Source of the DNA: an uncultured Vicinamibacteraceae bacterium
GTDB taxonomy: Bacteria; Planctomycetota; Phycisphaerae; Phycisphaerales; UBA5793
Length of the DNA: 62,469 nt
Reading direction: 5' to 3'
Assembly: GCA_964585855.1 (NCBI GenBank)
Contig: CAZPFK010000008.1
Span: forward strand, 1-62,469
The notes below the pieces were generated by a model. It worked only from the letters and a program-made list of their open reading frames with translations. It was not told the DNA's origin and ran no database searches. Positions 15,687 through 25,291 of this stretch are shown in pieces. Every line of letters starts with the position of its first letter. Position 1 is the stretch's first letter. The position numbers were made by a program, and so were the translations under genes.

Positions 15687-16247
15687 TCAGGATTCCACTT
15701 CGCGGGCAAGGATGGTTCGGAGTTTGGCAAGGGCGCGGTGCTGGCGGGCGAGGACGGTTCCAAGGGGTTGGTCGAGGACGTCTGCGATCTGGCGGAAGCT
15801 GAGGCCGGCACGGTGGCGGAGTTCGATGATTTCGCGATCGGCGTCGTTGAGTTGATTGAGGGCACGCCGAAGGGCGTCGGCGGAGGCCATCGGGGCCCAG
15901 TCGGGGGCGGCCGGCGGTTCGGCGGCGGGGCGGGCGGCGAGGTGGTCGGAGTCGGTGGGGACAGCCTGGCGGCGACGGCGGCGCATTTCATCGCGGAAGC
16001 GGTTAAGGGCGATACGGAAGAGCCAGGCCTCAAAACGGCCTGACTCGACGTAGCCCTCGTCGGCGGTGAGTTTGGCAGCGATGGTGCAGAACACGGACTG
16101 AGTGATCTCCTCGGCGGTCTCGGGGTCGCCGCTGCGAGCGCGGAGGAGGCCGAAGACGCGTGGGGCGTAGTGATCGACGACTTCCTTCCAGGCCTCCTGG
16201 TCACCCTGAGCGGCCCTTTCGAGGATGACGGTCAGGGTGTCTTGCAT
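15687..16247 (-). CDS. ECF-type RNA polymerase sigma-70 family factor
   Basis: Region 2 (RVFGLLRARSGDPETAEEITQSVF) and a region 4 HTH (LSFRQIADVLDQPLGTVLARQHRALAKLR). Confidence 0.9.
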   Translation of the reverse strand: MQDTLTVILERAAQGDQEAWKEVVDHYAPRVFGLLRARSGDPETAEEITQSVFCTIAAKLTADEGYVESGRFEAWLFRIALNRFRDEMRRRRRQAVPTDSDHLAARPAAEPPAAPDWAPMASADALRRALNQLNDADREIIELRHRAGLSFRQIADVLDQPLGTVLARQHRALAKLRTILAREVES

Positions 16248-16675
16248 TCGAGCGTCGATCCCGCCTGTTCAACGAGTGTTGTGGAATCGTATTGCAGCGG
16301 AGGAGGGCGGACCGGTGGTGCTGGAGGGGCGTGATTATGGGGCCGTCGGGGGTGTTCGGTGCGGGAATGCATGTTTTTTCTAATCAACCGGGTAAAGACT
16401 GACGATAACAGGGAGCGACGTTGGCGCCAGGACTGCTTCAACGGTGATGCCGGCAGCGAATTGAGCCGGTTTGCGGCGTGGATTCCCGAAGTGTCCCGGA
16501 TGGATGACAGTCTTTCATTGTCCTCACGACCCTTGCAAGAGCATGACGTTGACCAACCGGCTGCGTGGCCGGGGGATGGTCGCATGGGGTGAGGGTCTTT
16601 CCCCGCAGAGGTTCGAACGAGCGGCGAAGGACGCCTCCTCGATCGGACCACAGTTCCGATGAACAAGGAGTTTTC

Positions 16676-17215
16676 ATGAATACGCAGACGATTTGCAGGA
16701 CTTTTCAGAACTCAGTGAAGAAGGGCCAGAGCCCGTTCTTCGTCGTGCAGAACCTGGCGACCAAGGCGCGCAAGACGCCCAACCAGATCTGGCAGACGCT
16801 CAAGAGCAACGGCTTTGCGTTCAGCACCAAGTTCGGCAACAAGACATGCTGGTTCCCGACATTCAACGGCCCGCGCGTGGCCCGCACGAAGATGTCGCCC
16901 AGCCAGCAGAACTTCTGGCAGTTCTTCTGCGAGTTCGGTATGCAGCAGGGCTGGATCACCCCGTCACAGATCAAGGCATGGACGCCGCAGCAGACCTACT
17001 GGTTCCTGTGCAACAAGGCCAACAGCCTGTACAACAAGCCCAGCGGTTTCAATCCCCGTACGACGGTCCCGACCTTCACGACTCCGTCCTTCCCCACGGC
17101 GACGACCCGCCGCAAGTCCACTCGCACCAGGAAGACGACGTCGCGGAGCACGTCCTTCACGACTCCGCGTCTGCGCTTCACCGGCACGACGACGCGCCGC
17201 CGCCGGGCAGCCTGA
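16676..17215 (+). CDS. Orphan small protein with a W/Q/N/F-rich core and a basic S/T/R C-terminal tail
   Basis: ATG 16676 lies 7 nt after AAGGAG. GC-ending codons are as in host genes. Tail is TTRRKSTRTRKTTSRSTSFTTPRLRFTGTTTRRRRAA. I recognise no family. Confidence 0.65.
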   Translation: MNTQTICRTFQNSVKKGQSPFFVVQNLATKARKTPNQIWQTLKSNGFAFSTKFGNKTCWFPTFNGPRVARTKMSPSQQNFWQFFCEFGMQQGWITPSQIKAWTPQQTYWFLCNKANSLYNKPSGFNPRTTVPTFTTPSFPTATTRRKSTRTRKTTSRSTSFTTPRLRFTGTTTRRRRAA

Positions 17216-17249
17216 TCGGCGAGTCCTACGACATTGTGAGAGACCCGAA

Positions 17250-17277
17250 GACTGCGGTCGAGCAATCGGCCGCAGTC
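17250..17277 (+). terminator. Putative terminator hairpin between convergent genes
   Basis: GACTGCGG, a 12-nt loop, CCGCAGTC, followed by ATCATTTTC. Confidence 0.45.
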
Positions 17278-17278
17278 A

Positions 17279-18499
17279 TCATTTTCTGATCAGGCCGACG
17301 GAGGGCGGGAGCTCGTACCAGTCGGCATCGAGGAATCCGGCGAGTCGATCGACCTGCGGTTCGAGGAGGCGGCGGAGGTCGCGGGCGGAGAGGCCGCAGT
17401 CGCGGGTCCGCCAGATGCGATTGACGGTAAGCGTGGAGGTGGAGCGATCGAAGCGGGGGTCGACGATGCCGATGATGCGGTCGCCGTGCTGGAGGAGGAG
17501 ACTGTAGTAGCCGAACTTCCGCTTCGGTTCCGGGGTGAAGGCCTCGAAACGATAGTCGAAGTTGAAAAGGCGCAGGAGGCGCTTGCGGTCGCGGATGACC
17601 GGATCGAAGGGGCAGAGGAGGCGGGCGACCTCGGCGACGGGCGGGGCAGCGCGGAGGCGCGATTCCCAGTCGGGCAGCGCGTAGCAGAGGCGGTCGGGCG
17701 ACCCGCCACCGGACTCAACGCGAACCTGGACAATGCGTCCTTCGCGGTGGGCGGTGCGGCACCAGGCGCTGATCTCGGCAGGGCGAACGGCGTGGAAGAA
17801 GGCGGCGATCTCGGAATGGGTTGCGAAGCCGAGGCGACGGAGCGCCTCGAAGCCGGCCCAGTCAAGGTGCTCGTGGCGCGATGGGGCAGGGGCGGCGTGG
17901 TGGTCGGGGTAGATGCGGCCGGTCAGGTCGTAGACCTTCTGGAAATTGTCGCGGGCGGCGATGCAGAGGTCGCCGCGGCGCCAGAGGAACTCGAGTGCGG
18001 CCTTGTGGGGTTTCCATCCCCACCAACCGCCGGAAGGGCCGTTCTGTTGATGGTCGAAATCGCGGGATCGCAACGGTCCATCTGATTCGACTCGCCGGAG
18101 GATTTCACGGGCGGTTACTTCGAAGTCGGTTCCGAAGCGCTGCTTCCACCACTTGGAGGGCTGCCATGCGGCGAAGCGGTGCTTCCAGTGGGGGTACCAC
18201 TCGACGGGAATGGCGGAGGCGTCGTGGGTCCAGTGTTCGAAGAGGGTGCGATCCTTCTCGATGAGGTCGTGCAGCCAGTCGGGGCGATAGCCGGCGGAGC
18301 GGGCGTGAAGGATGAGGTGGTGGGCACGCTCGACGGCGTTGATGGAGTCGATCTGGACATAGCCGAGGTCGCGGATGAGTCTGGCGGCGTCAGCGCGGGA
18401 GCGATGCTCGGCCGGGGGCTGGGAGAGGTGTTGCAGGGAGAGGAGGAGCCGGCGGGCGTCGGAGGCGGAGATTCGTGGGAGTGCGGCTGGTGTGGGCAT
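17279..18499 (-). CDS. Winged-helix DNA glycosylase-like protein (YcaQ/AlkZ, DUF1006 family)
   Basis: LGYVQIDSINAVERAHHLILHARS and FDYRFEAFTPEPKRKFGYYSLLLQHGDRIIGIVDPRFDR are typical of the family. ATG 18499 is preferred; the ORF-track start is 18601. Confidence 0.8.
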   Translation of the reverse strand: MPTPAALPRISASDARRLLLSLQHLSQPPAEHRSRADAARLIRDLGYVQIDSINAVERAHHLILHARSAGYRPDWLHDLIEKDRTLFEHWTHDASAIPVEWYPHWKHRFAAWQPSKWWKQRFGTDFEVTAREILRRVESDGPLRSRDFDHQQNGPSGGWWGWKPHKAALEFLWRRGDLCIAARDNFQKVYDLTGRIYPDHHAAPAPSRHEHLDWAGFEALRRLGFATHSEIAAFFHAVRPAEISAWCRTAHREGRIVQVRVESGGGSPDRLCYALPDWESRLRAAPPVAEVARLLCPFDPVIRDRKRLLRLFNFDYRFEAFTPEPKRKFGYYSLLLQHGDRIIGIVDPRFDRSTSTLTVNRIWRTRDCGLSARDLRRLLEPQVDRLAGFLDADWYELPPSVGLIRK

Positions 18500-18645
18500 G
18501 AGGGTGATGATAGGGATTCGGTCGGGTCGGGCCAGGGGCGAAACCAGGCTGCGGGGGGCGATGCGGGCGGTATACTTCGGGCTGATTGTGAAGAAAGTCA
18601 CGAACCCGGCGGACGGACGGCCGGGCGGCGCTGGGAGGCGGCTTC

Positions 18646-19944
18646 ATGCCCTACACGATTCGGCCGGCAGAGGATCACGACGCCTACGACGTGGACGTAG
18701 ATTCGCCGGAGTATCTGCGGGAGCACCCGGGCTCGGAGGAGCGTTGGGTGCTGAACTTCGGGCCGCAGCACCCGGCGACGCACACCACGCTGCGGCTGGT
18801 GATGGAGTTGGACGGGGAGCGGGTGGCGCGGGTGACGCCGCACCTGGGGTATCTCCACTCCGGTTTTGAGAAGCTGGCGGAGCATCACGATTACAACCAG
18901 TACGTGTGCACGGTGAGCCGGATGAACTACGTCTCGCCGATTGCCAACGACATTGCGTGGCATCACGCGGTGGAGCGGCTGTTCGGGATCGAGATCACAC
19001 CGCGCTGCAAGGTGCTGCGGACGATCATGGCGGAACTGGCGCGGATTCAGGATCACCTGATGTGCGTCGGGGCGGCGGCGCTGGACCTCGGGGCGTTTAC
19101 GGGGTTTCTGTACGGCTTCAACCAGCGGGAGCGGATTTACGACATTTGCGACTTTATCTCCGGGCAGCGGTTTCACCCGGACTGGACGCGGGTGGGGGGG
19201 CTGATGCAGGACCTGCCGGATGAGGAGACATTCCGGCAGATGGTGAAGACGTTCGTCGATGAGTTGCTGCCCCGGGCGATGGATGACATCGAGACGCTGC
19301 TGAACACCAACCGCATTTTCATGGAGCGGACGCAGGGGGTCGGGGCCGTGACGCGGGAGCAGGCAATCGCGTGGTCGCTGTCGGGACCGATTGCGAGGGC
19401 GTCGGGGGTGGCGCGCGATCTGCGAAAGGATGAGCCGTACCTGTGCTATGCGGATGACTGGGACGGGCATGGCGCGGAGGCGGTTTCGTTCAAGGTTCCG
19501 GTGATGGAGGAGGGGGACACGTATGCGCGGTATCTGGTGCGGCTCTTTGAGATGCGGCAGAGCGCGGAGATCGTGCGGCAGCTGATTGACCGGATTCCGG
19601 AGGGCGATGTGAACTGCTGGGCCGATGCGAAGGTGACGAAGCCGGACCATGTTTCGGTGTACTCCTCACTTGAGGCGATGATCCAGCACTTCGAGATCGT
19701 GATGACCAACCGAGGGTGGAAGGCGCCGATTGCGGAGGTCTACGCTGCGCAGGAGACGGCCAACGGGGAACTGGGGTACTACATCGTGGGTGACGGCGGG
19801 CCGAGGTCGTGGCGGGCGCGGACGCGGCCACCCTCGTTCATTCACTTTCAGGCGCTGCCGCTGATGCTGGAGGGCCATCTGCTGGCCGACACGGTGGCGG
19901 TCCTGGGGAGTCTGAACATCATCGCGGCGGAACTGGACCGGTGA
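18646..19944 (+). CDS. nuoD: NADH-quinone oxidoreductase subunit D
   Basis: NFGPQHPATHTTLRL and HLGYLHSGFEKL, full-length 49-kDa subunit pattern. Confidence 0.95.
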   Translation: MPYTIRPAEDHDAYDVDVDSPEYLREHPGSEERWVLNFGPQHPATHTTLRLVMELDGERVARVTPHLGYLHSGFEKLAEHHDYNQYVCTVSRMNYVSPIANDIAWHHAVERLFGIEITPRCKVLRTIMAELARIQDHLMCVGAAALDLGAFTGFLYGFNQRERIYDICDFISGQRFHPDWTRVGGLMQDLPDEETFRQMVKTFVDELLPRAMDDIETLLNTNRIFMERTQGVGAVTREQAIAWSLSGPIARASGVARDLRKDEPYLCYADDWDGHGAEAVSFKVPVMEEGDTYARYLVRLFEMRQSAEIVRQLIDRIPEGDVNCWADAKVTKPDHVSVYSSLEAMIQHFEIVMTNRGWKAPIAEVYAAQETANGELGYYIVGDGGPRSWRARTRPPSFIHFQALPLMLEGHLLADTVAVLGSLNIIAAELDR

Positions 19945-19964
19945 AGCGGAGGCGAGGCTGACTC

Positions 19965-20516
19965 ATGGCGTGGATTGCGAAGAACTCGGCCGGCTTTCAG
20001 ATCGAACGGCGTGAGGAGCCGTTTCTGACCGCGGCGATGCGAGAGCGTCTGGACCGCGAGGTGCTGCCCCGGTACGAGGTGAAGAAGGGGGCGTTGCTGC
20101 CGGTGCTGCACGAGATTCAGCATGCCTACGGCCACCTGCCGCTGCAGGCGCTGGAGGAGACGGCGGCGTATCTGGGGATTGCGCCCTCGGAGGTGCTGGA
20201 CACGGCGAGTTTCTACGACGAGTTTTCGCTGCAACCGTGGGGGAAGGTCGTCATCGGGGTGTGCCAGTCGATTGCGTGCGAGGTGTGCGGGCATGGGAAG
20301 GTGCTGGATCATCTGCGGCAGCACCTGGGCATCGAGCCGGGGGAGACGACGGCCGACGGGCTGGTCACGCTTCGGACGATGGAGTGCCTCGGGGCGTGCG
20401 AGATGGCTCCGTGCGCCCTGGTCAACGAAGAGCGGCACGACCTGCTGACGGTGGAGTCGATTGACCGGATTCTCGACCAGGTGCGGGCGAAGACCTCAGA
20501 GCAGAACGGTCACTGA
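19965..20516 (+). CDS. nuoE: NADH-quinone oxidoreductase subunit E (2Fe-2S)
   Basis: CQSIACEVCG ... ECLGACEMAPC cysteine pattern. Confidence 0.95.
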   Translation: MAWIAKNSAGFQIERREEPFLTAAMRERLDREVLPRYEVKKGALLPVLHEIQHAYGHLPLQALEETAAYLGIAPSEVLDTASFYDEFSLQPWGKVVIGVCQSIACEVCGHGKVLDHLRQHLGIEPGETTADGLVTLRTMECLGACEMAPCALVNEERHDLLTVESIDRILDQVRAKTSEQNGH

Positions 20517-20523
20517 GCCGGCG

Positions 20524-21477
20524 TCAGAGCAGTCGCCAGGCGCAATAGCCGGCGTAAAGGCCCAGCAGAAGCGCGCCCTCCCAGCGGACGAGGCGGCGCT
20601 TGTGCGTGGCACAGAGGGGGATCAGCAGGGCGGAGAGTCCGATCATGACGAGAAGGTCGAGATGACCGCCTTCGGGGATGTTGACCGGAGTGACGGTGCT
20701 GCTGATGCCCATGATGAAGAGCAGGTTGAAGATGTTGGAGCCGACGACGTTGCCGATGGCGATGTCGGTCATGCCGCGATAGGCGGCGACGGTGGAGGTG
20801 GCGAGTTCGGGGAGACTGGTGCCGACGGCGACGAGGAGGAGGCCGACGACGACGGGGGGTGCGTTGAGGGCTTCGGCGAGTTGCACGGCTGAATCGACGG
20901 TGAGTTTCCCGCCGCCGACAAGTGCGGCGAGGCCGAGGAGGATCATGCCCAGGGCGAGGGGGAGGGAGAGGGGTTTGGCGTCGGAGTCGAGGATTTCAGT
21001 GCGGTTGGCGCGGGCATCGGCGAGGGTGTAGTAGAGGAAGACGCAGAAGAAGAGAAGCAGGACGATGCCGTCGCTTCGGCCGAAGGCGTCGGGGGTGTGG
21101 TCATCGAGGAAGATGTCGAAGGCCATGGCGAGGGCGACGAGGCAGGTCAGGAGCATCATCGGAATCTCGCGGACGATGACGCCGACATGGATGTCGAGGG
21201 AGCGAATGAGGGCGGAGAGGCCGAGGATGAGGCCGATGTTGCAGATGTTTGAGCCGATGACGTTTCCGAAGCCGATGTCGCCGTTTCCGGTGACCGCGGA
21301 GGAGAGGTTGACGGCAAGTTCGGGGGTTGAGGTTCCGAAGGCGACGACGGTGAGGCCGATGACGAGGTCGGGGACGCGGAGGGCGCGTGCGACGCTGGAG
21401 GCGCCTCGGACGAGGAGCTCGGCACCGAAGACAAGGAGGACGAGGCCGACGGCGATGATGAGGATGTGGGTGAGCAT
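20524..21477 (-). CDS. Ca2+/Na+ antiporter (CaCA, YrbG-like)
   Basis: Two alpha-repeats, GNVIGSNICNIGLILG and GNVVGSNIFNLLFIMG, and about 10 TM helices. ATG 21477 (MLTHILIIAVG) is preferred over the ORF-track start 21843. Confidence 0.9.
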   Translation of the reverse strand: MLTHILIIAVGLVLLVFGAELLVRGASSVARALRVPDLVIGLTVVAFGTSTPELAVNLSSAVTGNGDIGFGNVIGSNICNIGLILGLSALIRSLDIHVGVIVREIPMMLLTCLVALAMAFDIFLDDHTPDAFGRSDGIVLLLFFCVFLYYTLADARANRTEILDSDAKPLSLPLALGMILLGLAALVGGGKLTVDSAVQLAEALNAPPVVVGLLLVAVGTSLPELATSTVAAYRGMTDIAIGNVVGSNIFNLLFIMGISSTVTPVNIPEGGHLDLLVMIGLSALLIPLCATHKRRLVRWEGALLLGLYAGYCAWRLL

Positions 21478-21607
21478 TGGAGTTGCGAGGTGTGGTTGGG
21501 GTGGGCCGTGATGGTAGGATGGGCGATGAATCGGTATCGGCGGCGGGGCCGACGCCGCTATCATCACCGTTCCCCGAAGCGACCCGAAACCGGCGGAGAC
21601 GAACGCC

Positions 21608-22948
21608 ATGCCGATGACCGAACCGGTCCTGACCCGACGCATTCCGACACCGCCCTTCGGCAATCCGGCCGACCGGCACACGGTGTGGTATGACGAGTAT
21701 GTGCGGACGGGGGGGTACGCCGGGCTTGAACAGGCGATTTCGATGGAGCCGGCGGCCGTTGTGGACCTGGTGAAGGACTCGGGGCTTCGGGGCCGGGGTG
21801 GCGCGGGGTTTCCCTGCGGCTTGAAGTGGACGTTTCTGCCCAAGGACTATGAGGGGCAGCGGTATCTTGCGGTGAATGCGGATGAATCGGAGCCGGGGAC
21901 CTTCAAGGACCGACTGCTGCTGGATTTCGATCCGCACCAGATGCTGGAGGGGATTGCGATTTCGTGCTGGGCGTGCCGGATCCAGACGGCGTACATCTAC
22001 ATTCGGGGGGAGTACCACAGCCAGGCGCGGATTCTGGAGCGTGCGGTCGCGGAGGCGTATGAGAAGGGGGTCTTCGGGAAGCAGGGGCTGCTCGGGGGGA
22101 AGTCGAAGTTTGCGGTGGACTGTTTCGTTCATCGCGGGGCGGGGGCGTACATCTGCGGGGAGGAGACGGGGCTGCTGGAGTCACTGGAGGGCAAGCGCGG
22201 GTGGCCGCGCATCAAGCCGCCATTTCCTGCGGTCAAGGGGCTCTTCGGCAAGCCGACGATCATCAACAACGTGGAGACGCTGGCGTACGTGCCACACATC
22301 GTCGAGCACGGAGTTGCGTGGTTCAAGAGTCTCGGTCGGGAGTCAACGATCGGTGGGCCGCCGAGCTACGGCACGAAACTGATGGGGGTGTCGGGGCACG
22401 TGGAGCGGCCGGGGGTCTTTGAGTTTGACCTCGGGATTTCGCTGCGTGAACTGGTGGAGAAGCACTGCGGAGGAATGCGGGGCGGGAAGAAGTACAAGGG
22501 GGCGATTCCCGGAGGCGTGTCGATGGGGGTGCTGGGGACGGACCAGTTCGAGGCGGAACTGGACTTTGACATCGGTCGCAAATGTCAGGTGCTGGGGCTG
22601 GGGACGGCGTGTCCGACGCTTTTTGATGAGGACACGGACATGGTGCTGGTGGCGCGGAACATTGTTCGCTTCTTCTCCAACGAGTCGTGCGGGCAGTGCA
22701 CGCCGTGCCGGGAGGGAACCAACTGGATGTATCGGACGCTGGTGCGGCTGGAGCAGGGGGAGGCGACGGGGAAGGACCTTGACTTGTTGCTCGAGATCGC
22801 GGCGTCGATGGGGGCGATGCCGGGAACGACGATCTGCGGGCTGGCCGACGGCGCGAACTGGGCGGTGCGGACGATCGTGAACAAGTTCCGCGGCGACTTC
22901 GAGAAGAAGTTGCAGCGGCGGTTCGTGCCGGTGACCGTGTCGCTGTGA
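21608..22948 (+). CDS. nuoF: NADH-quinone oxidoreductase subunit F
   Basis: GRGGAGFPCGLKW (FMN/NADH site) and ESCGQCTPCREG (4Fe-4S). Confidence 0.95.
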   Translation: MPMTEPVLTRRIPTPPFGNPADRHTVWYDEYVRTGGYAGLEQAISMEPAAVVDLVKDSGLRGRGGAGFPCGLKWTFLPKDYEGQRYLAVNADESEPGTFKDRLLLDFDPHQMLEGIAISCWACRIQTAYIYIRGEYHSQARILERAVAEAYEKGVFGKQGLLGGKSKFAVDCFVHRGAGAYICGEETGLLESLEGKRGWPRIKPPFPAVKGLFGKPTIINNVETLAYVPHIVEHGVAWFKSLGRESTIGGPPSYGTKLMGVSGHVERPGVFEFDLGISLRELVEKHCGGMRGGKKYKGAIPGGVSMGVLGTDQFEAELDFDIGRKCQVLGLGTACPTLFDEDTDMVLVARNIVRFFSNESCGQCTPCREGTNWMYRTLVRLEQGEATGKDLDLLLEIAASMGAMPGTTICGLADGANWAVRTIVNKFRGDFEKKLQRRFVPVTVSL

Positions 22949-24699
22949 GCGCCGGGTGGTCGGGCGTCGAAAGGAGATTCATCGCGTTGCATCGGGGCGT
23001 TCTTGCCAGGTTGATGCTTGTTGCGGCGAGCGTGCTTTGTGCGCATACGGCGACGGAGCGCGCGGACGGGCAGGCGATTCCGCTTGAGGTGGGGGGGCGG
23101 ATCGAGTCGGTGGTGGTGCACCAGGATGAGGCAGCGGTCGTGCGGCGGGTTCCGTTGGAGGTGGCGGCCGGGCAGTACGAGGTGCGGCTGGTTGATCTCC
23201 CTGTGACGTTCGTGCCGGGATCGCTGTCGATCTCTGGTTCGCCGGGCGTGGCGGTCCAGCAGATCGAGTTTCGCGCGTTGGCGGATGAGGGGAGCCATCT
23301 GGCGGCGATGTCGCAACTGGAGGGGCGGATCGCGGCGATGAAGCAGGACCTGAGCCGGGCGCGGATTGACCGGACGGCAGCGGAGAAGCAGGAGGCGCTC
23401 TTCGAAACGCTGGCCACACAGCTGGCGGCGAATGCGGCAGGGTCGCTGGGAACTGGATCGTTTGACATGGAGGAGTTTCAGCGAGCCGTCGAGGGCCTGA
23501 CGCAGCAGCAGAGCGAGGTGCTTTCGCGAATGGCCGTGGCGGAGAGCCGGGCGGCAGCGCTTGAGGCGCAGATCAGCGAGGCGGAGGCGGAACTTGCGGC
23601 AATGCGCGAGACGGGGCCAGCGGAGCGCCGGGTGGCCGTAGCGCAGGTGCGGGTCAGTGCGGAGGATGGGGCGGGCTGGCTGGATGTGTCTTACCGGGTG
23701 ACCGGTACGGGGTGGTACCCGAGGTACAACCTGCGGCTGAACGCCGAGAACGGACAAGCGGCGCTTGAGTACGAGGCGGTGATCCTGCAGGAGAGCGGGG
23801 AGGACTGGAACGACGTGCGGCTGTCGGTCTCAACGGGCCGGGCGACCGGGCCGACGGGTCCGCCGGCGTTGCGACCGTGGTACATCACGGCGGTTGGGAG
23901 ACTGGAATCGGTTCCGGAGTCGGTGTGGGCGTGGCCCGGGGGGATGGGTGAGGGTGAGGAGACGGACCTGCCGATTTCCGACCAGGTGCTGGCAGAGGCG
24001 TTTTACCGGGTCGACTCGGCGATGCGGACGACCGATGCGCGCCTGCCGCTGACGGAGTATCCCTTCGGGCAGCAGGCAACGCTGGCGTCTGAAGCGGGGG
24101 AGGCGTATCGGCTTCGGATTGCAACGATCCGGTTCCGGCCGGAGTTGATGCACGTCGCATCGCCGACAGTCTCGCAGCATGCGTTTCTGCGGGGCGAGGT
24201 GGTGAACATCAGCGATCTGCATCTGATGCCCGGGCCGGTGTCGGTGTTTGTGAATGACCAGTTCGAGGGGCAGAGCGTGCTGCCGTATGTGCCCCCGAGC
24301 GGCCGGCACACGGCGTTCTTCGGCATCGACCGGCGGATCCGTGTGGAGCGTCGGTTGTTGCGGGAGCGGAAGCGGAACACGGGTCTGCTCGGGGACGGGC
24401 GGGAGACGACGCTTGAGTATCTGCTGACGGTGACGAGCGAGACGCCGGCGGAGGTGCGGCTGGAGTTGTGGGACCGGACGCCGGTGACGGCCGATGACCG
24501 GGTGCGGATCAACGTGGTGGACATCGAGCCAAACCTGGCGCGGGACACGGCCTACCGGATCGATCAGCGGCCGCTGGGGCTTCTGCGCTGGGACCTGACG
24601 CTTGAGGGCGGATCGGCGGGCCGGCGGGAGCGGGTGGTGGAGTATTCAGTGGTCATCAGCCACTACAAGGATGTGACGCCGGTGCTGACGATCCCGTGA
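22945..24699 (+). CDS. DUF4139/DUF4140-type protein (mucoidy-inhibitor-A-like family)
   Basis: N-terminal hydrophobic segment, VVVHQDEAAVVRRV strand, a central coiled coil, and WYPRYNLRL ... typical of the family. The GTG start overlaps the nuoF TGA (GTGA). Confidence 0.7.
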   Translation: MSAGWSGVERRFIALHRGVLARLMLVAASVLCAHTATERADGQAIPLEVGGRIESVVVHQDEAAVVRRVPLEVAAGQYEVRLVDLPVTFVPGSLSISGSPGVAVQQIEFRALADEGSHLAAMSQLEGRIAAMKQDLSRARIDRTAAEKQEALFETLATQLAANAAGSLGTGSFDMEEFQRAVEGLTQQQSEVLSRMAVAESRAAALEAQISEAEAELAAMRETGPAERRVAVAQVRVSAEDGAGWLDVSYRVTGTGWYPRYNLRLNAENGQAALEYEAVILQESGEDWNDVRLSVSTGRATGPTGPPALRPWYITAVGRLESVPESVWAWPGGMGEGEETDLPISDQVLAEAFYRVDSAMRTTDARLPLTEYPFGQQATLASEAGEAYRLRIATIRFRPELMHVASPTVSQHAFLRGEVVNISDLHLMPGPVSVFVNDQFEGQSVLPYVPPSGRHTAFFGIDRRIRVERRLLRERKRNTGLLGDGRETTLEYLLTVTSETPAEVRLELWDRTPVTADDRVRINVVDIEPNLARDTAYRIDQRPLGLLRWDLTLEGGSAGRRERVVEYSVVISHYKDVTPVLTIP

Positions 24700-24768
24700 G
24701 GGGGATCGGCTACCAGATATACGTGGGCGGAGGGAGACGGCCCATGATCTGGTGGTCTACACTTCGGG

Positions 24769-25291
24769 CGTGATCTGCCCGTTCTGTAAAGCCAACGACG
24801 ACCGTGTCATTGACAGCCGCTCGAGCGACAATGGCCACGCCATTCGCCGGCGCCGCGTGTGCAATATGTGCAATCGGCGTTTTACGACCTACGAGCGGGC
24901 CGAGACAGCGATGCGGCTGATGGTGTTGAAACGGGACGGGACGAGGCAGGCGTTCGATGCGACGAAGATCCTGGCCGGGGTGACGGCGGCGTGCAGCAAG
25001 CGGCCGGTGTCGGAGGCACGGATCCAGGGGCTGGTTGATGAGGTTGAGGATCAGCTGGGCCGGGAGTATGAGCGGGAGGTGACGTCGGAGATCATCGGCC
25101 GGGAGGTGGCGGGGCGGCTTCTGGCGCTGGACAAGGTGGCGTACGTGCGGTTTGTGAGCGTGTACAGAGGGTTTGAGGCCGTTGATGAGCTCATCGATGA
25201 GGCGCAGCAGGTTCGTGAATTGACCGAGGACGTTCCGGGACAGGGCCGGCTCTTTGACGGTGCGGCCGGGTCGCAGGACGGCTCAACGTGA
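24769..25291 (+). CDS. nrdR: Transcriptional repressor NrdR
   Basis: Zinc ribbon CPFC...CNMCNRRFTTYER plus an ATP-cone. GTG 24769 gives the canonical N-terminus; the ORF-track start is 24752. Confidence 0.95.

Noticed and set aside
16248-16300. An ECF-type autoregulatory promoter (GAAC ... CGT) upstream of the sigma gene.
   Set aside because: On the minus strand, TGAAC is followed by CGAC after only ~9 nt. A correctly spaced -10 would fall on or after the start codon, so the spacing is incompatible with ECF promoters.
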